The notes: generated from the sequence alone by a model not told the origin. DNA of 64,000 nt from an uncultured Planctomycetaceae bacterium (GCA_963813715.1 CAWFAK010000007.1:480001-544000), one strand, 5' to 3'. Counted from the first letter of the stretch, positions 10,923-23,784 are shown. Numbers and translations: made by a program.

Positions 10923-11420
10923 TCAATCGCGGACCAGCAGGACCACGGCATCCGCGGAAATGGCTTCTTTGCGGCCCACCGGTCCCACTCCTTCGCCCGT
11001 CTTCGCCTTCACGTTCACGTTTTCCGGCGGGATTCCCAACAGCTCGGCCACGCGGTTGCGAATCGCCTCGCGGTGCGGCGAGAGCCGCGGCTCCTCCGCG
11101 GAAATCGTGCAGTCGAGATTCACGATCTTCCAGTTTTTCTTGCGGACTTCGGCGACAGCGGCCGTCAGCAGGTTGCCCGAATCGGCGCCCGCCCATTGTG
11201 GATCGGTGTCGGGAAACCATTGGCCGATATCGCCCAGCCCGGCCGCTCCGAAGACCGCATCGGTGATGGCGTGCAGCAGCACGTCCGCGTCGCTGTGCCC
11301 GTCGAGCCCGCGCTCGTATTCGATGGCGATGCCGCCGAGAATCAGGCTGCGGCCCCGCGTGAGGCGGTGAGTGTCGTGCCCGTGACCGACTCGCAAGTCC
11401 AAGCCTGGTCGCGAATCCAA
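10923..11420 (-). CDS. ispF: 2-C-methyl-D-erythritol 2,4-cyclodiphosphate synthase
   Basis: RVGHGHDTH, GHSDADVLLHA, GDIGQWFPD, NVKAKTGE. Confidence 0.95.
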   Translation of the reverse strand: MDSRPGLDLRVGHGHDTHRLTRGRSLILGGIAIEYERGLDGHSDADVLLHAITDAVFGAAGLGDIGQWFPDTDPQWAGADSGNLLTAAVAEVRKKNWKIVNLDCTISAEEPRLSPHREAIRNRVAELLGIPPENVNVKAKTGEGVGPVGRKEAISADAVVLLVRD

Positions 11421-11654
11421 GTCTGACGACTCCTCAAAACGCCGGTTTCGCTCGGGACGCCGCTGCCGAAACGCGGTTGGCGAACGGACATCGGTGTGAC
11501 GCGGTGACCGCCGACGGTTCGGGCAGAATAGGAAATCTCCGAATTCCTGCGGGGATCATAACCAGCCATTTCGCGACTGACAACTTGTTGGAGAGGCTCA
11601 AAATCGGCCGTGGATCCGCGCGAGCGGGGTCGCAAGCCGCTTCCCGGCCCGAAA

Positions 11655-11683
11655 TTGACAGCTTTTTTGTGTTCTCATACACT
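11655..11683 (+). promoter_or_regulatory. Sigma70-type promoter
   Basis: TTGACA-17 bp-TACACT, about 70 bp upstream of the ATG at 11751. Confidence 0.65.
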
Positions 11684-11750
11684 CCGCCCCCTCTCCTGTC
11701 TCCTCAATCCCTTCGTTCGCACATCAGCCAACTCTCGGCTGCGAAACCCT

Positions 11751-12658
11751 ATGCTGGTTTCACGACGTATTGCTGCGCTTGTTCTGGCGCTTGCCGGCGG
11801 CTGCGCGGCGAGCGGCTGCATGCTGCTTAAGCCGATTGGTGACGTCTTCGGCTTCTGGCCTCCTGCCACGACCGCGGCGACGCAATCGCTGCCGCCGCTT
11901 CAGCCTTCGCGAGAATCGGTGCAGATCGAATTCACGTTCCTGGAGCGACCGGTTGGTGATCCGCTCTTGGGCACTGCCCTCTGGGCCCAGATTGACCAGG
12001 TCGGTGCCGTCAGCGGAACCGAAGCCGAATCACTCAAACAACTCGGCCTGCGCGTCGGCAACGCTGGCTCCGTGCCCAGCCCAGCACTCGAGCGCATGCT
12101 CAAAGAGTCGCAACCGGACGATGCCCAGGCGTCCGAGACGCACATCACGGTGAAGAAAGAGACGTTGTGCATCGGGCCGGGCGTCTCGCCGCCGATCACC
12201 ACCAACACCCTCAAAAAGTGCACGCTGGACGTGCCATTGACGGTCGGCACGAAGGAAGGGACGTACGAAAACTTCAAAAGCGTGCTGCGGCTGACCGCGC
12301 ATCGTCAGCAGGACGGCTGGGCACGGCTGGAATTCGTGCCCGAAATTCACTTCGGGCAGGAGCGGCTGCGTCCCATGTCGGCCAACGCGGGCCTGCAAAC
12401 CATCTGGCAGCCGGAAATGGCCCAAGAGGTCGAAACGCTCTTGTCGCACCGCTTCTCGTCAACACTGCACGTCGGCGAGATCGTGATCATCACCGCGGAC
12501 GCGCTGAAAAGCCGCGTTTGTTTGGCACGCAAGCCTTCGTTCGCGACCAACCCGGCACCGGAGCCCTGCAGCGCGTGCTCCTGCTGCGGCTGGCGAATAT
12601 GAACCGTATCAATCCGGTTTACGCTCAACAGGGACCGGGCCTCAGCAGCGGTCGGTAG
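11751..12658 (+). CDS. Hypothetical exported/lipoprotein (frameshift near 12510)
   Basis: Signal-like N-terminus (ASGC), coding-like sequence and a good promoter upstream. Confidence 0.6.
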
Positions 12659-12684
12659 TTAAATCGACCGCCCGGATCGCACGC

Positions 12685-13833
12685 CTAGGTCGCGCTGAGG
12701 GCAGGAGTCGGCCGCGAAAGCGCCAGCACCGGATCGGCCGCGTGCAAGAACCAGCGATCGAGCACCACACTTCTGGTGAACCAGCGGTTGGCCATCAAGT
12801 GTGCTGCGGCAAATCGCAAAAAGGCCGCCGGCAGATAGTCGGAGAAGGCGCCGCGCCGCGGAGTGCCGTATCGTTGGCGGATCTGCTCCGCGTATGGGGC
12901 AAGTTGGCCGCCCGAATAATCTCCGGCTGCGGCAAGCAAAACGTCGGCTGCGAGCAGTCCCGATTCGACGGCCGGACGAATTCCCTCGCCGCTTTGCGGG
13001 TAGGCCAGGCCGGCGGCGTCGCCGACGAAGAGCACGCCGTCGTCGACGAGCTTCGGCTCAATCCGCTCATAGATCTGATAGGCGTGCCCGTGAAATCGCT
13101 CCGGCACGGCGCAAGCGATCCGCCCCCGATCGCGGAGAAACTGGCAGAACGACTGCACGTGCGCGCTCACGCCGGACGAGTCGAGCCGCCCCAACCCGAT
13201 ATTCAAAAAGTTCCCCTTGCGAAAACACCACGCGTATCCGGCCAGGTCCTCGCAAAAGTACAGCTCGGGCACTTCGGCGCGGACGTTCACCCGAGCCTCG
13301 TCCTCCGGCGGCAACTCGAATTCGATCTCCTGAGCCGCCACCGTAATGAGTTGCCGGCCGTCGCGCCCGCCCAGTGACCGCGCAACCGGGCAAAAATGCC
13401 CCCCCGCCCCGACGAGAGCGTTGGCGCGAATCGTGTTGTTGACGATCCAGCCGGAGCCGTCGCGACGCATCTCCAGCACTGCCTCGCCAAAGCGGACTGG
13501 TGCGGCGGATCGCTCAAGGAGAAAGTGGTCGAACTCGCACCGTCGAATGCCGTAGCTGACGACGTGGCCGTAGTCGGTTCCGACCTCGTCGCCGCCAATC
13601 ATGCCCGTGCGAAATCCGGTGATCGGCTGACAGACTCGCGACGTCGCGTATTCGTCCGGATCGACGCCCAAGACTTCAAAGACCTGCGGAGTGACCCAGC
13701 CGGCACACGTCTTGTCGCGCGGAAACGTCTTGCGGTCGATCACCAGCACATCGACGCCAGCCTGCACGAGCCGGCTCGCACACGAAGAGCCGGCCGGCCC
13801 GCCGCCGACGATCAGGACCTCGCAGTTCTGCAT
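12685..13833 (-). CDS. Geranylgeranyl reductase family FAD-dependent oxidoreductase
   Basis: IVGGGPAGS, FPRDKTCAG, RRCEFD, GYAWCF, VGDAAGL..GEGI. Confidence 0.88.
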   Translation of the reverse strand: MQNCEVLIVGGGPAGSSCASRLVQAGVDVLVIDRKTFPRDKTCAGWVTPQVFEVLGVDPDEYATSRVCQPITGFRTGMIGGDEVGTDYGHVVSYGIRRCEFDHFLLERSAAPVRFGEAVLEMRRDGSGWIVNNTIRANALVGAGGHFCPVARSLGGRDGRQLITVAAQEIEFELPPEDEARVNVRAEVPELYFCEDLAGYAWCFRKGNFLNIGLGRLDSSGVSAHVQSFCQFLRDRGRIACAVPERFHGHAYQIYERIEPKLVDDGVLFVGDAAGLAYPQSGEGIRPAVESGLLAADVLLAAAGDYSGGQLAPYAEQIRQRYGTPRRGAFSDYLPAAFLRFAAAHLMANRWFTRSVVLDRWFLHAADPVLALSRPTPALSAT

Positions 13834-15233
13834 TACGCGCTCGTCCCACGACAGTGGCGGGCTGACCGGGGCCGATGGCGCCGGTCGACCCTCGCACGCC
13901 GGCAAGTGCGAGTACAGATGCGAGCGGGTCAGCGGGAGTTCGTTGAGCCGCGGCCGCCCGAACAGAACCTGGAAGAGCTGCAGCGTGCCCGAATCGAAGG
14001 CCGCGATCGACCCGGCGAGGTACATCCGCCACATCCGCACAAAGCGGGCGTCATAAAGCTCGCGGACGGTCTCTGCCGCCTCTTCGTAGCGGGCCAGCCA
14101 GTGTCGCAACGTCTCGGCATAGTGCAGGCGCAGGTTCTCGACCTCCAGAATCGAGAGCTGGTTGGGCTCGAAGATCGCTCCCATTTCGCTGAGCGCGGGA
14201 GGTTGCGCCCCCGGGAAAATCCGTCGCTCAATCCAGGGGTCGAGCACCTCGTGCCGATTGCGGCCGATCGAGTGAATCAGCCCGCGGCCCGACGGCGAGA
14301 GGCAACCATCAATCACGTCTCCCAGCCGGCGGTAGTTTTTGAGCCCCACGTGCTCGAGCATACCGATCGACATAAAGACGTCGCACTTGCCGGTGATGTT
14401 CCGCCAGTCGTCGAGGATGAACTCGACGCGATCGTCCAGTCCCTCGGCCTTGGCGCGGCGCGGGCCGCGTTGACCTGTTCCGTCGAGATGTTGTACGCCC
14501 GCACGCGCACGCCATAGTGCCGCGCCATGTGCAGCGCAAACCCACCCCAGCCGCATCCGGCTTCAATCACGGTCTCGCCCGGTTGGAGCCAGACCTTGCG
14601 GCAGACGTGATCCATCTTCGCAATCTGGGCCGCCTCGATCGAAGCGTTGGGATCCTCGAAGTAGGCGCACGTGTAAAGCAGGTTCTCGTCGAGCCAGAGT
14701 CGATAGAACTCGTTGCCGATGTCGTAGTGGTGGTGAATGTTCTTGCGCGAGGCGGACAACGTGGTCCGGCTGCCCCAATGCAGCGCTTTCTCGATCAGCG
14801 TGAGCCACCGCGTCGCCACGGGCGGAGCGCTCGCCGCACAACGAGCAACCAGGCACATCACGTATTCGAGATCGCCGTCGATATCCAGCTTGCCGTTGGT
14901 GTAGGCCTCGGGAAATTGGAAGAAGGGGTCGGTCAGAATCCGCCAGACCGTTCCCCGGTCGTGGATCGTGACGCGAATCGCCCCGTCGCCGGACGCGGCC
15001 CCGCTAATCACTTCCTCGCCATTCCACAGGACCATCACCAGCGGCGGATCTCCGACGACTTTCAGCAGCCGCTGGAGCAGCCGTTTCTCGAGCGAGGGGC
15101 CCGATCGGCGGCCGGCGGGAGCCGACAGAGTTCGGATGGCGGGTCCGCGCGCTTCGGCGATCGCGGAGTTCTGCGACGCGCTTGTTGTGCCTTCTCGCGC
15201 GGGGGTCGCTGCTTCAACGGAGACCGGATCCAT
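13833..15233 (-). CDS. Cyclopropane-fatty-acyl-phospholipid synthase family methyltransferase (frameshift near 14460)
   Basis: NIHHHYDIGNEFY, YTCAYF, GCGWGG, SIGMLEHVG, IFPG, HYAETL. Confidence 0.9.
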
Positions 15234-15337
15234 GCGCTCCTCCACCAGGTTGTCTACGGCAGTCGATACGAGGTTGAGGTCGGTTCGCCGCGGGGCTTGC
15301 CCGGAGAGTCTGTTTTCCGGGATCCGCAACTGCCTAC

Positions 15338-15366
15338 AAATTACGGGCAGAGTCGGCTGTGTTCAA
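15338..15366 (-). promoter_or_regulatory. Candidate sigma70 promoter for the cfa-like gene
   Basis: TTGAAC-17 bp-TAATTT on the minus strand. Confidence 0.4.
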
Positions 15367-15461
15367 TATCTGTTAAGCCGCCGACGAGCCGTAAAATCCA
15401 AGACGGCTCCGGATAATCGGCTCCATCGCTCGACCCACCCGTCCCTTGCCGGACCGTACCC

Positions 15462-16460
15462 TCACGGAACGAGCACGGCCGTGCCGTTGACCCGATCTTC
15501 CTTGAGGTCGACTAGGGCCCGATTGGCCTCCGCCAGCGGATAGGTCGCCACGTGGGGCCGAAGCGAGATTGAAGCCGCTTCGGCCAGCAGTTCGCGGCCG
15601 TCTTCCCGGGTATTCGCCGTGACGGAGCGGATATTCTTCTCGTAAAAGAGGGTGCGCGTGTAATCCAGGGCAGGGATTTCCGACATGTAGATGCCGGCCA
15701 GGGCCAGGGTGCCCCCCTTGTCCAACTGGGCCAAAGCGTCGGGCACCAGGTTCCCCGCCGGCGCGAACATGATGCCGCTGTTCACCTTGGCGGGCATATC
15801 TTGGGCGTTCTCGCCGACCCAGGTCGCCCCCATCTGGCGAGCCAGCCGGCGGTGCGACTCGCCCCGCGTCACGACGAAAACCTCGCTCCCCCGGTGCAGG
15901 GCGATTTGAAGGATGATGTGGGCGCTCGAGCCGAAGCCGTACATCGCCAGGCGGCCGCCTGGAGGCAGATCGGCTCGCTTCAGGGCCCGATATCCGATGA
16001 TTCCCGCGCACAAGAGCGGGGCGGCATGGATATCGTCGAACACATCGGGAATCTGATAAGCAAACGCTTCGGGCACGATCGCCGACTCAGCATAGCCGCC
16101 GTCGGCGTCGTAGCCGGTGTAAATCGAGAACTCGCACAGATTTTCGCGGCCCGCGCGGCAGTAGTCGCACTGGCCGCACGCCTTTCGCAGCCAGGGAATC
16201 CCGATCCGCTGCCCCACGCTCAGCAGTCGGCAGCGTGGGCCCACCCGATCGACAATCCCCACAACCTGGTGGCCACAAATAACAGGCAGCTTGCGTTGCG
16301 GGAGATCTCCCTCGATCACATGCAGATCGGTGCGGCAGACCCCACAGCAGCGGACTTTCACCCGCACTTCCCCGGCTTGGGGCTCGGGCTCCGGCAGTTC
16401 CCGCAGATGCAGCGGCGCGGCCGACGCTCGAGCGATCTCGTCCAGGACCATCGCCTTCAT
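15462..16460 (-). CDS. Zinc-dependent alcohol dehydrogenase family protein
   Basis: CGVCRTDLH, GHQVVG, CGQCDYC...C, LLCAGIIGY. Confidence 0.92.
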   Translation of the reverse strand: MKAMVLDEIARASAAPLHLRELPEPEPQAGEVRVKVRCCGVCRTDLHVIEGDLPQRKLPVICGHQVVGIVDRVGPRCRLLSVGQRIGIPWLRKACGQCDYCRAGRENLCEFSIYTGYDADGGYAESAIVPEAFAYQIPDVFDDIHAAPLLCAGIIGYRALKRADLPPGGRLAMYGFGSSAHIILQIALHRGSEVFVVTRGESHRRLARQMGATWVGENAQDMPAKVNSGIMFAPAGNLVPDALAQLDKGGTLALAGIYMSEIPALDYTRTLFYEKNIRSVTANTREDGRELLAEAASISLRPHVATYPLAEANRALVDLKEDRVNGTAVLVP

Positions 16461-16485
16461 GGTCGGGCTTCCGCGATCAACGGGC

Positions 16486-16953
16486 CTAGGGCGCGACGAA
16501 TTCGTGCTCGGGATGACGCACGGTGAGCACGGGACAAGGCGCTTTGCGGACGACCTTCTCCGCCACGCTGCCGAGCAGCATGTGAGCCAGGCCGCCCCGA
16601 CCGTGCGTTCCCAGCACGATGAGATCGATATTCGCTTCCTGGGCGTACCGCACGATCTCGAGGAACGGCGGGCCTTGCCGCACAACCTTCACGATCGTCT
16701 TGCCGACCGCCCAATTGGCGTCGATCGCCCGTTCGAGCATGGCGTTGGCGTTGAGCTCGAGCTCGCGCAGATAGTCGATGGGAGGAGCCAGCGCCGCACC
16801 CGGTTCGGGCACCAGGGGCGCCAGATCTTGAATGACATGCAGAACATGCAGTTCGGCTCCAAATTGCTGGGCGAACGCGCACGCATACATGCGGGCCGCT
16901 GCCGAGTATTCGCTAAAATCAGTCGGCAACAAAATCCGCTGCAACTTGATCAT
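16486..16953 (-). CDS. Universal stress protein
   Basis: ILLPTDFS; DLIVLGTHGRGG..LLGSVAEKVVRKAPCPVLTV. Confidence 0.93.
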   Translation of the reverse strand: MIKLQRILLPTDFSEYSAAARMYACAFAQQFGAELHVLHVIQDLAPLVPEPGAALAPPIDYLRELELNANAMLERAIDANWAVGKTIVKVVRQGPPFLEIVRYAQEANIDLIVLGTHGRGGLAHMLLGSVAEKVVRKAPCPVLTVRHPEHEFVAP

Positions 16954-17218
16954 CGCCTGCTCCGCAAAGAAACGTCTTGGACCGCTGGCGCCGTTCGTCA
17001 GGGGCGTCGCGTTTGCCCGTCCGGTCGAACCAGCGGCTCCGAACCAGTCGAGGCCCCGTATAATCATAAGGGGGTCGCCGGTGTTTGCCACAAGCAAAGT
17101 GCAGTGTCTGATACGGTGGATCGGGGTTGCGGCCAGCCTCTCGATCGCCGCGTCGTGCTCGGGACCGCTACGCACCGATTCGTCGGGCCCGTCCGTCCAA
17201 TCACAAGGAGAGCATTCG

Positions 17219-17720
17219 ATGAAGACGACAGGAACCTTGATCGCGATCACCAGCGCGGCCATCCAAGACGGGCAGCCCATCCCCACCAAATACACCGAGG
17301 ACGGCGAAAACCTCTCCCCTCCCCTGGCCTGGACCTACACGCCCAAAGGGACAAAACAATGGGCGCTGATCTGCGACGATCCCGACGCGCCGACACCCAA
17401 ACCTTGGGTGCACTGGGTGATGTACGGGATCCCGGGCGAGATCCGCTCGCTGCCACAAGGCGTCGAGCCGGCGGAGAAGCTCGCGTCGTTACAGGGGGCC
17501 ATGCAGGGGAAGAACTCCTGGCCCAACGGACAGACGATTGGCTACCGGGGCCCCGCGCCTCCCAAAGGGCACGGCGTGCATCACTACCACTTCAAGCTCT
17601 ATGCGCTCGACGCGCTCTCTCATGCTTAAGCCTGAGATGACCAAAGAAACCGTCGAGCAAGCGATCGACGGTCACATCCTGGGCACGGGCGAGCTGATCG
17701 GCACCTACGAGCGAAAATGA
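17219..17720 (+). CDS. YbhB/YbcL family PEBP protein (frameshift near 17620; may start upstream with a signal peptide)
   Basis: DDPDAP..WVHW and GYRGPAPP..HHYHFKLYALD. Confidence 0.9.
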
Positions 17721-17741
17721 GTCGCGGACGGCTGCGGCCAG

Positions 17742-19010
<1,269 letters not shown>

Positions 19011-19020
19011 ATCCGGGGTC

Positions 19021-19686
19021 CTACATGTGGGGCTCACGCGATCCGTCGCGATTCGGGCGGTTCGAACGTTGCGGAGACCGTTGGAGCGGTTCCCACAGGG
19101 TATTGTCCGCTCGATCGGGCGATTTCGCAACCGGCTGAAATCGCGCGATCAGACCTCGGCGGAACGACCGAACAGGTGTTCCGGAAGAATCGATGCGACT
19201 CGGCAAGCCGGGCGGAGTTCGTCTCGTCGAGCGCGGGCCGTCTACGCGCTTGGAGCGCGACGATCCCTCAGCGTCTTCTCGCGAGGAGCGGCCGATAAAC
19301 TTCGCCCCGTAGTCCCAAAACTCGTTATGGACTTGCCGGGCACGAACGATTTCCACCAACAGCCAAGTCGAGCCGCCGGTGTCAGGGTCGAGGCACAGGA
19401 CCACGCGTTTGGCGGGAATGCGGCCCCGGTAGATGAAGCCGACGCCGAGCTCAGAGACGTTCCGCGCCCAAACCGCGATCGGCGAGCCGTCCCCTTCCTG
19501 CCCCGGGCGCGTCTTGATGCCGTGATGATAGACGGCCATCCGGGCGGGGTAGGTGCACCGCTCTTTGGCACGTTTCTGGGTCTGGTGACCCTGCATCTTC
19601 TCGTCCCAGCGCGCGAGAATTTTGAGGACGCGCTCGGCATCCCGCTGGTGATCGGTCGGCAACGTGGCGGTAGGCGTCGACTTCAC
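19021..19686 (-). CDS. PilZ-like domain protein (3' end uncertain)
   Basis: RxxxR (KRAKER) and [DN]xSxxG (NVSELG) motifs; GAKF at the domain end. Confidence 0.6.
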   Translation of the reverse strand: MKSTPTATLPTDHQRDAERVLKILARWDEKMQGHQTQKRAKERCTYPARMAVYHHGIKTRPGQEGDGSPIAVWARNVSELGVGFIYRGRIPAKRVVLCLDPDTGGSTWLLVEIVRARQVHNEFWDYGAKFIGRSSREDAEGSSRSKRVDGPRSTRRTPPGLPSRIDSSGTPVRSFRRGLIARFQPVAKSPDRADNTLWEPLQRSPQRSNRPNRDGSREPHM

Positions 19687-19864
19687 AGCACCGTGGCTCC
19701 CACTGATCGCGGACGAGATGGACTCTCGTCGCGAACAAAATCGCTATCGAGTCTAGTTCACGGGCCGGGTCCGCGGGTCGCCGCGGCGCTCCAAAGCGTG
19801 CAGATCCTGGCCGCACGAAGCGGCACGATCGATACATTCGGCAGATCGCGCGTCGGACGATCGC

Positions 19865-21667
19865 TCAGAGCTTGACGTAAATGCCGCGTTTTTCGAGCTG
19901 ACGGACCAGGAACCACGTCAGCGCGAAGAAGACACAAAAGGCCCCGAGCGCGGTGGGCAGCCCGGCCGTGCTGGGGATGAACGCCCAGACCGCGAGCGCC
20001 ATCATGCCGTGCGTGAAATAGGCGACGAGCGCATTGGTGCCGAATGTGCGAAACAGACCCAGCTGCCAGCCCAGACCGTCGCACCCGATGACAAACAGGC
20101 TGTACAGCACGCACGCCACACCGCTCGCAAGGAGCATGAACGAAAGTGTCGGCACCCGCTTGCTTAACATCCAGTAATTCCAGAGTCGGTGCTCGAGCAC
20201 GGGCGAGGCATGTGAGTCGTCCCGCGGTGGGGAAACGAACGGTGGCTCGGCGAGCAAGCTGACCAGCGGCCGCGGCCGCACTTGCGACCAGTCCGGAACA
20301 AACGGGTTCGGAGCGAGATCGAGATCGGTGTAAGCGTCGGTTTCGTCTTGCAGCACGGCGATCCGCGCCTGCATTTCGATGAGGTCTCGTTCGTGGCTGC
20401 TGATCGCGGCCACTCCTCGTTCCTCGGGCGCCTCGGCATTTCCGGATTGGTGGCGGGACTCGATCCGCTGTTTTTCATGATCGATCAACGTGCCGAGCCA
20501 GACGCGTGCGGCGGTCTCGCGCCAGCGACGTTCGCGAAGGACGGAGACCTGGGACGCATTCAGGTCGTAAAACCGGCTCAGGCACGAGAGCCCATAGCCG
20601 CAGACAATGAACGCGGCGCCGAACAAGAACAGCCGCCTGGCCGACGCTGCGGGCGACGCCGTGCCCTGCACCAGATCGTAGGCCAGCGTGCCCGCCAGAA
20701 TGGCGACGGCCCACGCCGGCGGTCCAAAGACGCCCCCGTCCCAGCTGCGACAGTCGCCCGTCATCCACAGTCGCGACATCCAATTGTGATTCACGCCGTA
20801 AACGAAGTCCCAGTTGAACCACGCGCAGAGCGCAACGTGAACGACTGCGTAGGCGATCAACACGCCAAACCGCACGAGCGGCCGAAAGCCAATCCAGGGC
20901 AGCACGAGCAGCTGTGCGGCGGCAATCATCGCCAGCGTTTCCCACAACTCGGCTTTGAACATCCGGCCGGCTGCGATTCTCCAATAGACGAGCATTCGCT
21001 GCGTGCTGGTGAGAGCTCGCCAGGCGCGAACGCGTTCGATTGCCGGCGCGAGAAACTCGTCCACTTCCGCTTGCGCCGCCCGGGCCGCGTTCTCCGCCGC
21101 CTGGGAATCGAGCCGGCGGTCCGCGTCGCGCAATTCGGACGCGTTGATCAGTGATCCAATTCGCTCGGCCGAATCGAGCACGGCCCGCAGGTCCTCGCCA
21201 GTCGATCGCGGATCGGACGCCCTCGATTCCGCGACAGCCTGGCGGGCGCGAGTCATGAGCGGCTCGAACGACTGCGTAGCGGGCGGCATCCGACGATCCG
21301 CCTGAAATTCGGGCGGCAATTTTTCGAACGCAGTCCAGCGGCTCCAGTCGACGGTGAGCGCATAAATCGTAAACGAAAGTCCGAACAGAATCAGGCTGCG
21401 CCACAGATAGGTCTGGACTGTCTTCAGTCGCGTGGTCGTCGCCCGTCGCCGCAGGTACGTCAGCCGAAACGAATAGCCGACCACGAAAAAGAAGCTCGGC
21501 ATGATCGAGTCGGCGTAGCTGAACCAGCTCTCGTTGTGTTTGAGCTGGGCCGGCGTACTGAGGAAAGGAGCGAGAAAGTTGACCAGGCACATCCCGGCCA
21601 CGGTGTAGCCGCGAAACTGATCGAGCGAAGCGATCCGCGGTTTGCTGAGAGGGTCTGCCGAAGACAT
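19865..21667 (-). CDS. HGSNAT/NagX-like membrane acyltransferase with soluble insertions
   Basis: RIASLDQFRG, FSYADSIMPSF and FGTNAL; multiple TM segments. Confidence 0.8.
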   Translation of the reverse strand: MSSADPLSKPRIASLDQFRGYTVAGMCLVNFLAPFLSTPAQLKHNESWFSYADSIMPSFFFVVGYSFRLTYLRRRATTTRLKTVQTYLWRSLILFGLSFTIYALTVDWSRWTAFEKLPPEFQADRRMPPATQSFEPLMTRARQAVAESRASDPRSTGEDLRAVLDSAERIGSLINASELRDADRRLDSQAAENAARAAQAEVDEFLAPAIERVRAWRALTSTQRMLVYWRIAAGRMFKAELWETLAMIAAAQLLVLPWIGFRPLVRFGVLIAYAVVHVALCAWFNWDFVYGVNHNWMSRLWMTGDCRSWDGGVFGPPAWAVAILAGTLAYDLVQGTASPAASARRLFLFGAAFIVCGYGLSCLSRFYDLNASQVSVLRERRWRETAARVWLGTLIDHEKQRIESRHQSGNAEAPEERGVAAISSHERDLIEMQARIAVLQDETDAYTDLDLAPNPFVPDWSQVRPRPLVSLLAEPPFVSPPRDDSHASPVLEHRLWNYWMLSKRVPTLSFMLLASGVACVLYSLFVIGCDGLGWQLGLFRTFGTNALVAYFTHGMMALAVWAFIPSTAGLPTALGAFCVFFALTWFLVRQLEKRGIYVKL

Positions 21668-21838
21668 GCGCGATCTCGATCGCGCGGTCCAGCCGACAAT
21701 GCAAGGCGGGAGGCGCAGACGGGCGGTGGCTGAAGTGTTGGACCGGCGGAGTGCCGGAAGGATTGCGGCGGGCGCGGCTCCCGTCGCTGTGCTCAGGCAA
21801 TCATTCTGTTCTAACGCCCGCTTCCGAATTTCGCCAAC

Positions 21839-23576
21839 TCAGAGTTTGACGTAGATCTTGTGCGTTTCCAGATAACGGACGCAGGCATATGTCAGCAGCA
21901 GAAACAGGGCGAAGCCGCACAGGCAATACCAGAGAGGCGCGTCGTTCGGCACCAGCGGCTTGACCTGCTCCTCAATCACGTGATGCAGAAAATACGCGGC
22001 CAGCGCGTTCGTCCCGAACGTCCGAAAAACGCCGACGGACAATCCGCCGAGATCGCAGGCGATAACGAACAGCCCGTAAAGCGCGAACGCGAAACCCGAG
22101 GCAAACATCATGAACGACAAATTGGGCCCCCGCTTTCCCATCATCCAGTAATTCTCCGGACGATGGTTGATCGAAAGCTGCGGGTCTTTTTGCGGATCGT
22201 CGCGCGGCGGGGCGAGAAACGGTGGCTCGACCAGCAAGTCCCGCCACGAGCGTCCCTTCAGCTGTTCCCACGACGGGACCACCGGATTTTCCGCCGAGTC
22301 GAGATTGGGAAGCGCGGCCATCTGGTCCTCGATGACCTGGGACTTGGCGATCAAAGCCTCGCGACCAGCCGCGGGCTTCGTCGGTCCGTTCGCCCCGGCA
22401 TGAGCCGCGGTCATCCGTGCGCAGTTGCATGAGTAACTGCAGCCAGTTGCGCTCGGCCTGCTGCCGCAGGACCGCAACGCGCCGCGCCTCGAGTTGCGGG
22501 CCAGCGAATTCATAGACGCGCGTCAGACACGACATCGCGTAGCCAACGGCCATGAATGCCAGGCCCCACACGATGAGCCGTCGCGCCGCGGTGGCTTGCG
22601 ACTGGCTCCCAATCGTCAGGTCGTAGCACAACGTGCCCGCGAGCATGGCGATCGCCCAGGAGATCGAGCCGAAGCATCCGCCATCCCACCCGCGGCTGTG
22701 ACCAGTCATCCACACCTTCGCCAGCCAGTTGTCGTTGAGCGCGTAAAGAAAATCCCAATTGAACCACCAGGAAATCAGCAGATGAAGCGCACCGAGCCCC
22801 ACGAGCGCCGCAAACCGCCCCGCAAAGCTCCAACCGATGAACGGCAGCACGACGAGTTGCGTTACGCCGATGATCGCCAGAGTTTCCCAAAGATCAGATT
22901 TGATCAACTTGGCCACGGCAATCCGCAGATGCACCAGCATCCGCTGGTTTGCGGACAGCGCGTTCCAATTCTGGATCCGCTGCTGAGCAGCCGTGACGAA
23001 GTCGCTCTCTTCCTGGTCCGCGATCGCGGCCGCCCGCTCGGCTGCTGCTCCCGCCTTCCCTTTTTCTGCCTGCGCCGACTGCAGTGGCAGGATCCGGGCC
23101 CCCAGCGACGAAGCCAGCGCGAGGACCGTGCGCTCGTCCGCCTGCGGATTGGCGGCCCGCGCCGCTTTCACAAGTTCGTCGAACGAGTGCGTCCGCGTCG
23201 CCTTCGCGCGGAACGGCTCGAACTCCGAGGGCATCTCCGAGAACACGTTCCAATTCTTGAAGTCCGTGCCGAACCCGTACATCACCAACGAAACCACGAC
23301 GAGCGCCAACGAGCGTCGCACATACGTCCAGACGGTCGGCCAGTACCCCGCCTGCTGAACGCGTCGCAGATAGGTCAGCCGAAATGAAAAGCCGACGGCG
23401 AACAAAAAGCTCGGCATGATCGAGTCGGCGTAGCTGAACCACGTGTTGTTGTGCTTCAGCAGCGGATGAATCACCGCAAATGACGAGAGGAAATTGACAA
23501 CGAACATCCCAGCGACCGTGTAGCCGCGGAACTGGTCCATCGACGCGATACGAGAAGAGGTCTTAGAAGCGCTCAT
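21839..23576 (-). CDS. HGSNAT/NagX-like membrane acyltransferase, tandem paralog (frameshifts near 22350-22430)
   Basis: RIASMDQFRG, FSYADSIMPSF, FGTNAL; ends IYVKL like its neighbour. Confidence 0.8.
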
Positions 23577-23784
23577 CGGATCTCTTTGGCGACGGAATTC
23601 GGAGAGTCGTCGTCCAGGATAGCGAAAAGCTCCGCACACAAGGATCGACCCAACCTGAAATCGCCCGCCTTGTTGGCCATTTCGCTCGAGTTTGGAATTG
23701 GTTATTGTCGAGGACTGCTTCGCCTGCCGGATTTGCCTGCCTCGTTGTTCCGCCCGCTTCGTTCCCGCCAAGGGACCCTGCCCG

